Positions 63,245-64,000 of a stretch of DNA of 64,000 nt are shown piece by piece. Source of the stretch: Octopus bimaculoides. Taxonomy: Eukaryota. Location of the stretch: assembly GCF_001194135.2 (NCBI RefSeq), contig NC_068991.1, forward strand, positions 35,654,753 through 35,718,752, given 5' to 3'. Under the pieces are notes generated by a model, which saw nothing but the letters and a program-made list of their open reading frames with translations, was not told the DNA's origin and did no database searches. Position 1 is the first letter of the stretch. Each line of letters opens with the position of its first letter. The translations under genes and the position numbers were made by a program.

Positions 63245-64000
63245 AGATATTAATGTAACCCATAATTTCTTTGTAGATGACCTCAAGATTTGCGCTAAAA
63301 ATGTTAATAATGCCCCCCTCTCCCCCCCAAAACCCAGCTGGGATTAATAACAACATTTTCAGCTGACATAAGAATTTGGCCCGAAGAAATGTTCTTATTT
63401 GATTGATGAACAGGGAAAATCAGTCCCCCAAACCCCAAACCCCAAACCTGTGCATCAATGGTATCACTATTTCTCCTGCCGCACTCAAAGAATGCTACAA
63501 GTACCTAGGCATTGATGAAAATATATCGTACGAAGGTAATATGTATAAAGACAGAGTGACTCAAGAACATTACACCAGACTTAGAAAAATATGGCAGTTC
63601 AAACTCTCAGTACTGATTCCATCATTTGGAATACTTGACTGGTCTGTAAAAGAAATTCACTCCATAGACATTAAAACCTGAAAGATTCTAACATCAACTG
63701 GAAATATCCACAAAAATAGTGATATTGACGGTGATATCAGAAAAGATAACGGAAATAAACAATATATAATGCCATCCAGAAAAAATTGTCCTGCAATAAA
63801 TATAGAGAATCCCTTTGTTATAGAATACTTACAGAAATATCAGCACAAAGAATACTGGTGGAACTTTCCAATTATATCATCTATCAAGTGTAAGCATAAT
63901 AGGCCGGATATTGTTTTGAGACAAAAAAAATATGTACCGTCATAGAGGCCAGCTATCCTGCTGATGTGAATATCGTTTCGAATGTCAAAGAGAAAGAAGG
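63245..64000 (+). mobile_element. Decayed R4/Dong-like non-LTR retrotransposon (RT and restriction-like endonuclease), internally deleted, runs off the window
   Basis: THNFFVDDLKI.AK, EFGPKKC, YKYLGIDEN, LRKIW..KL, LIPSFGILDWSVKEI..IDIKT*KIL..H..SDID, then YWWNFPI....HNRPDIVL..IEASYP.DVNI...KEK. Confidence 0.85.

Overview
AT-rich, microsatellite-dense animal scaffold with 15 N-gaps. The SINE families and repeat style suggest an octopod cephalopod (Octopus-like); this is an inference. No complete host gene, rRNA, true tRNA or CRISPR array is visible. Most long entries in the ORF track are artefacts of microsatellites or N-runs. The window is mostly layered mobile DNA: two or three tRNA-derived SINE families; Penelope-like elements (PLEs, one near full-length with RT and GIY-YIG); RTE, R4/Dong-like, R2/NeSL-like and Jockey/I-like LINE relics; two mariner derivatives; a hAT relic; two non-autonomous Helitrons; and two inverted-repeat elements. 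A few isolated exon-like segments are also present. The most unusual signal is a family encoding an L1/Tx1-type ORF1 (CCHC zinc-knuckle) protein, in three copies. The best copy (39288-41357, minus strand) has no RT and ends in a ~220-nt terminal module containing a type I hammerhead ribozyme fold. A second copy runs directly into a PLE GIY-YIG endonuclease with no RT between them. Several other hammerhead-like motifs occur, including a PLE-terminal variant with U in place of the normally invariant A6 in all three copies.
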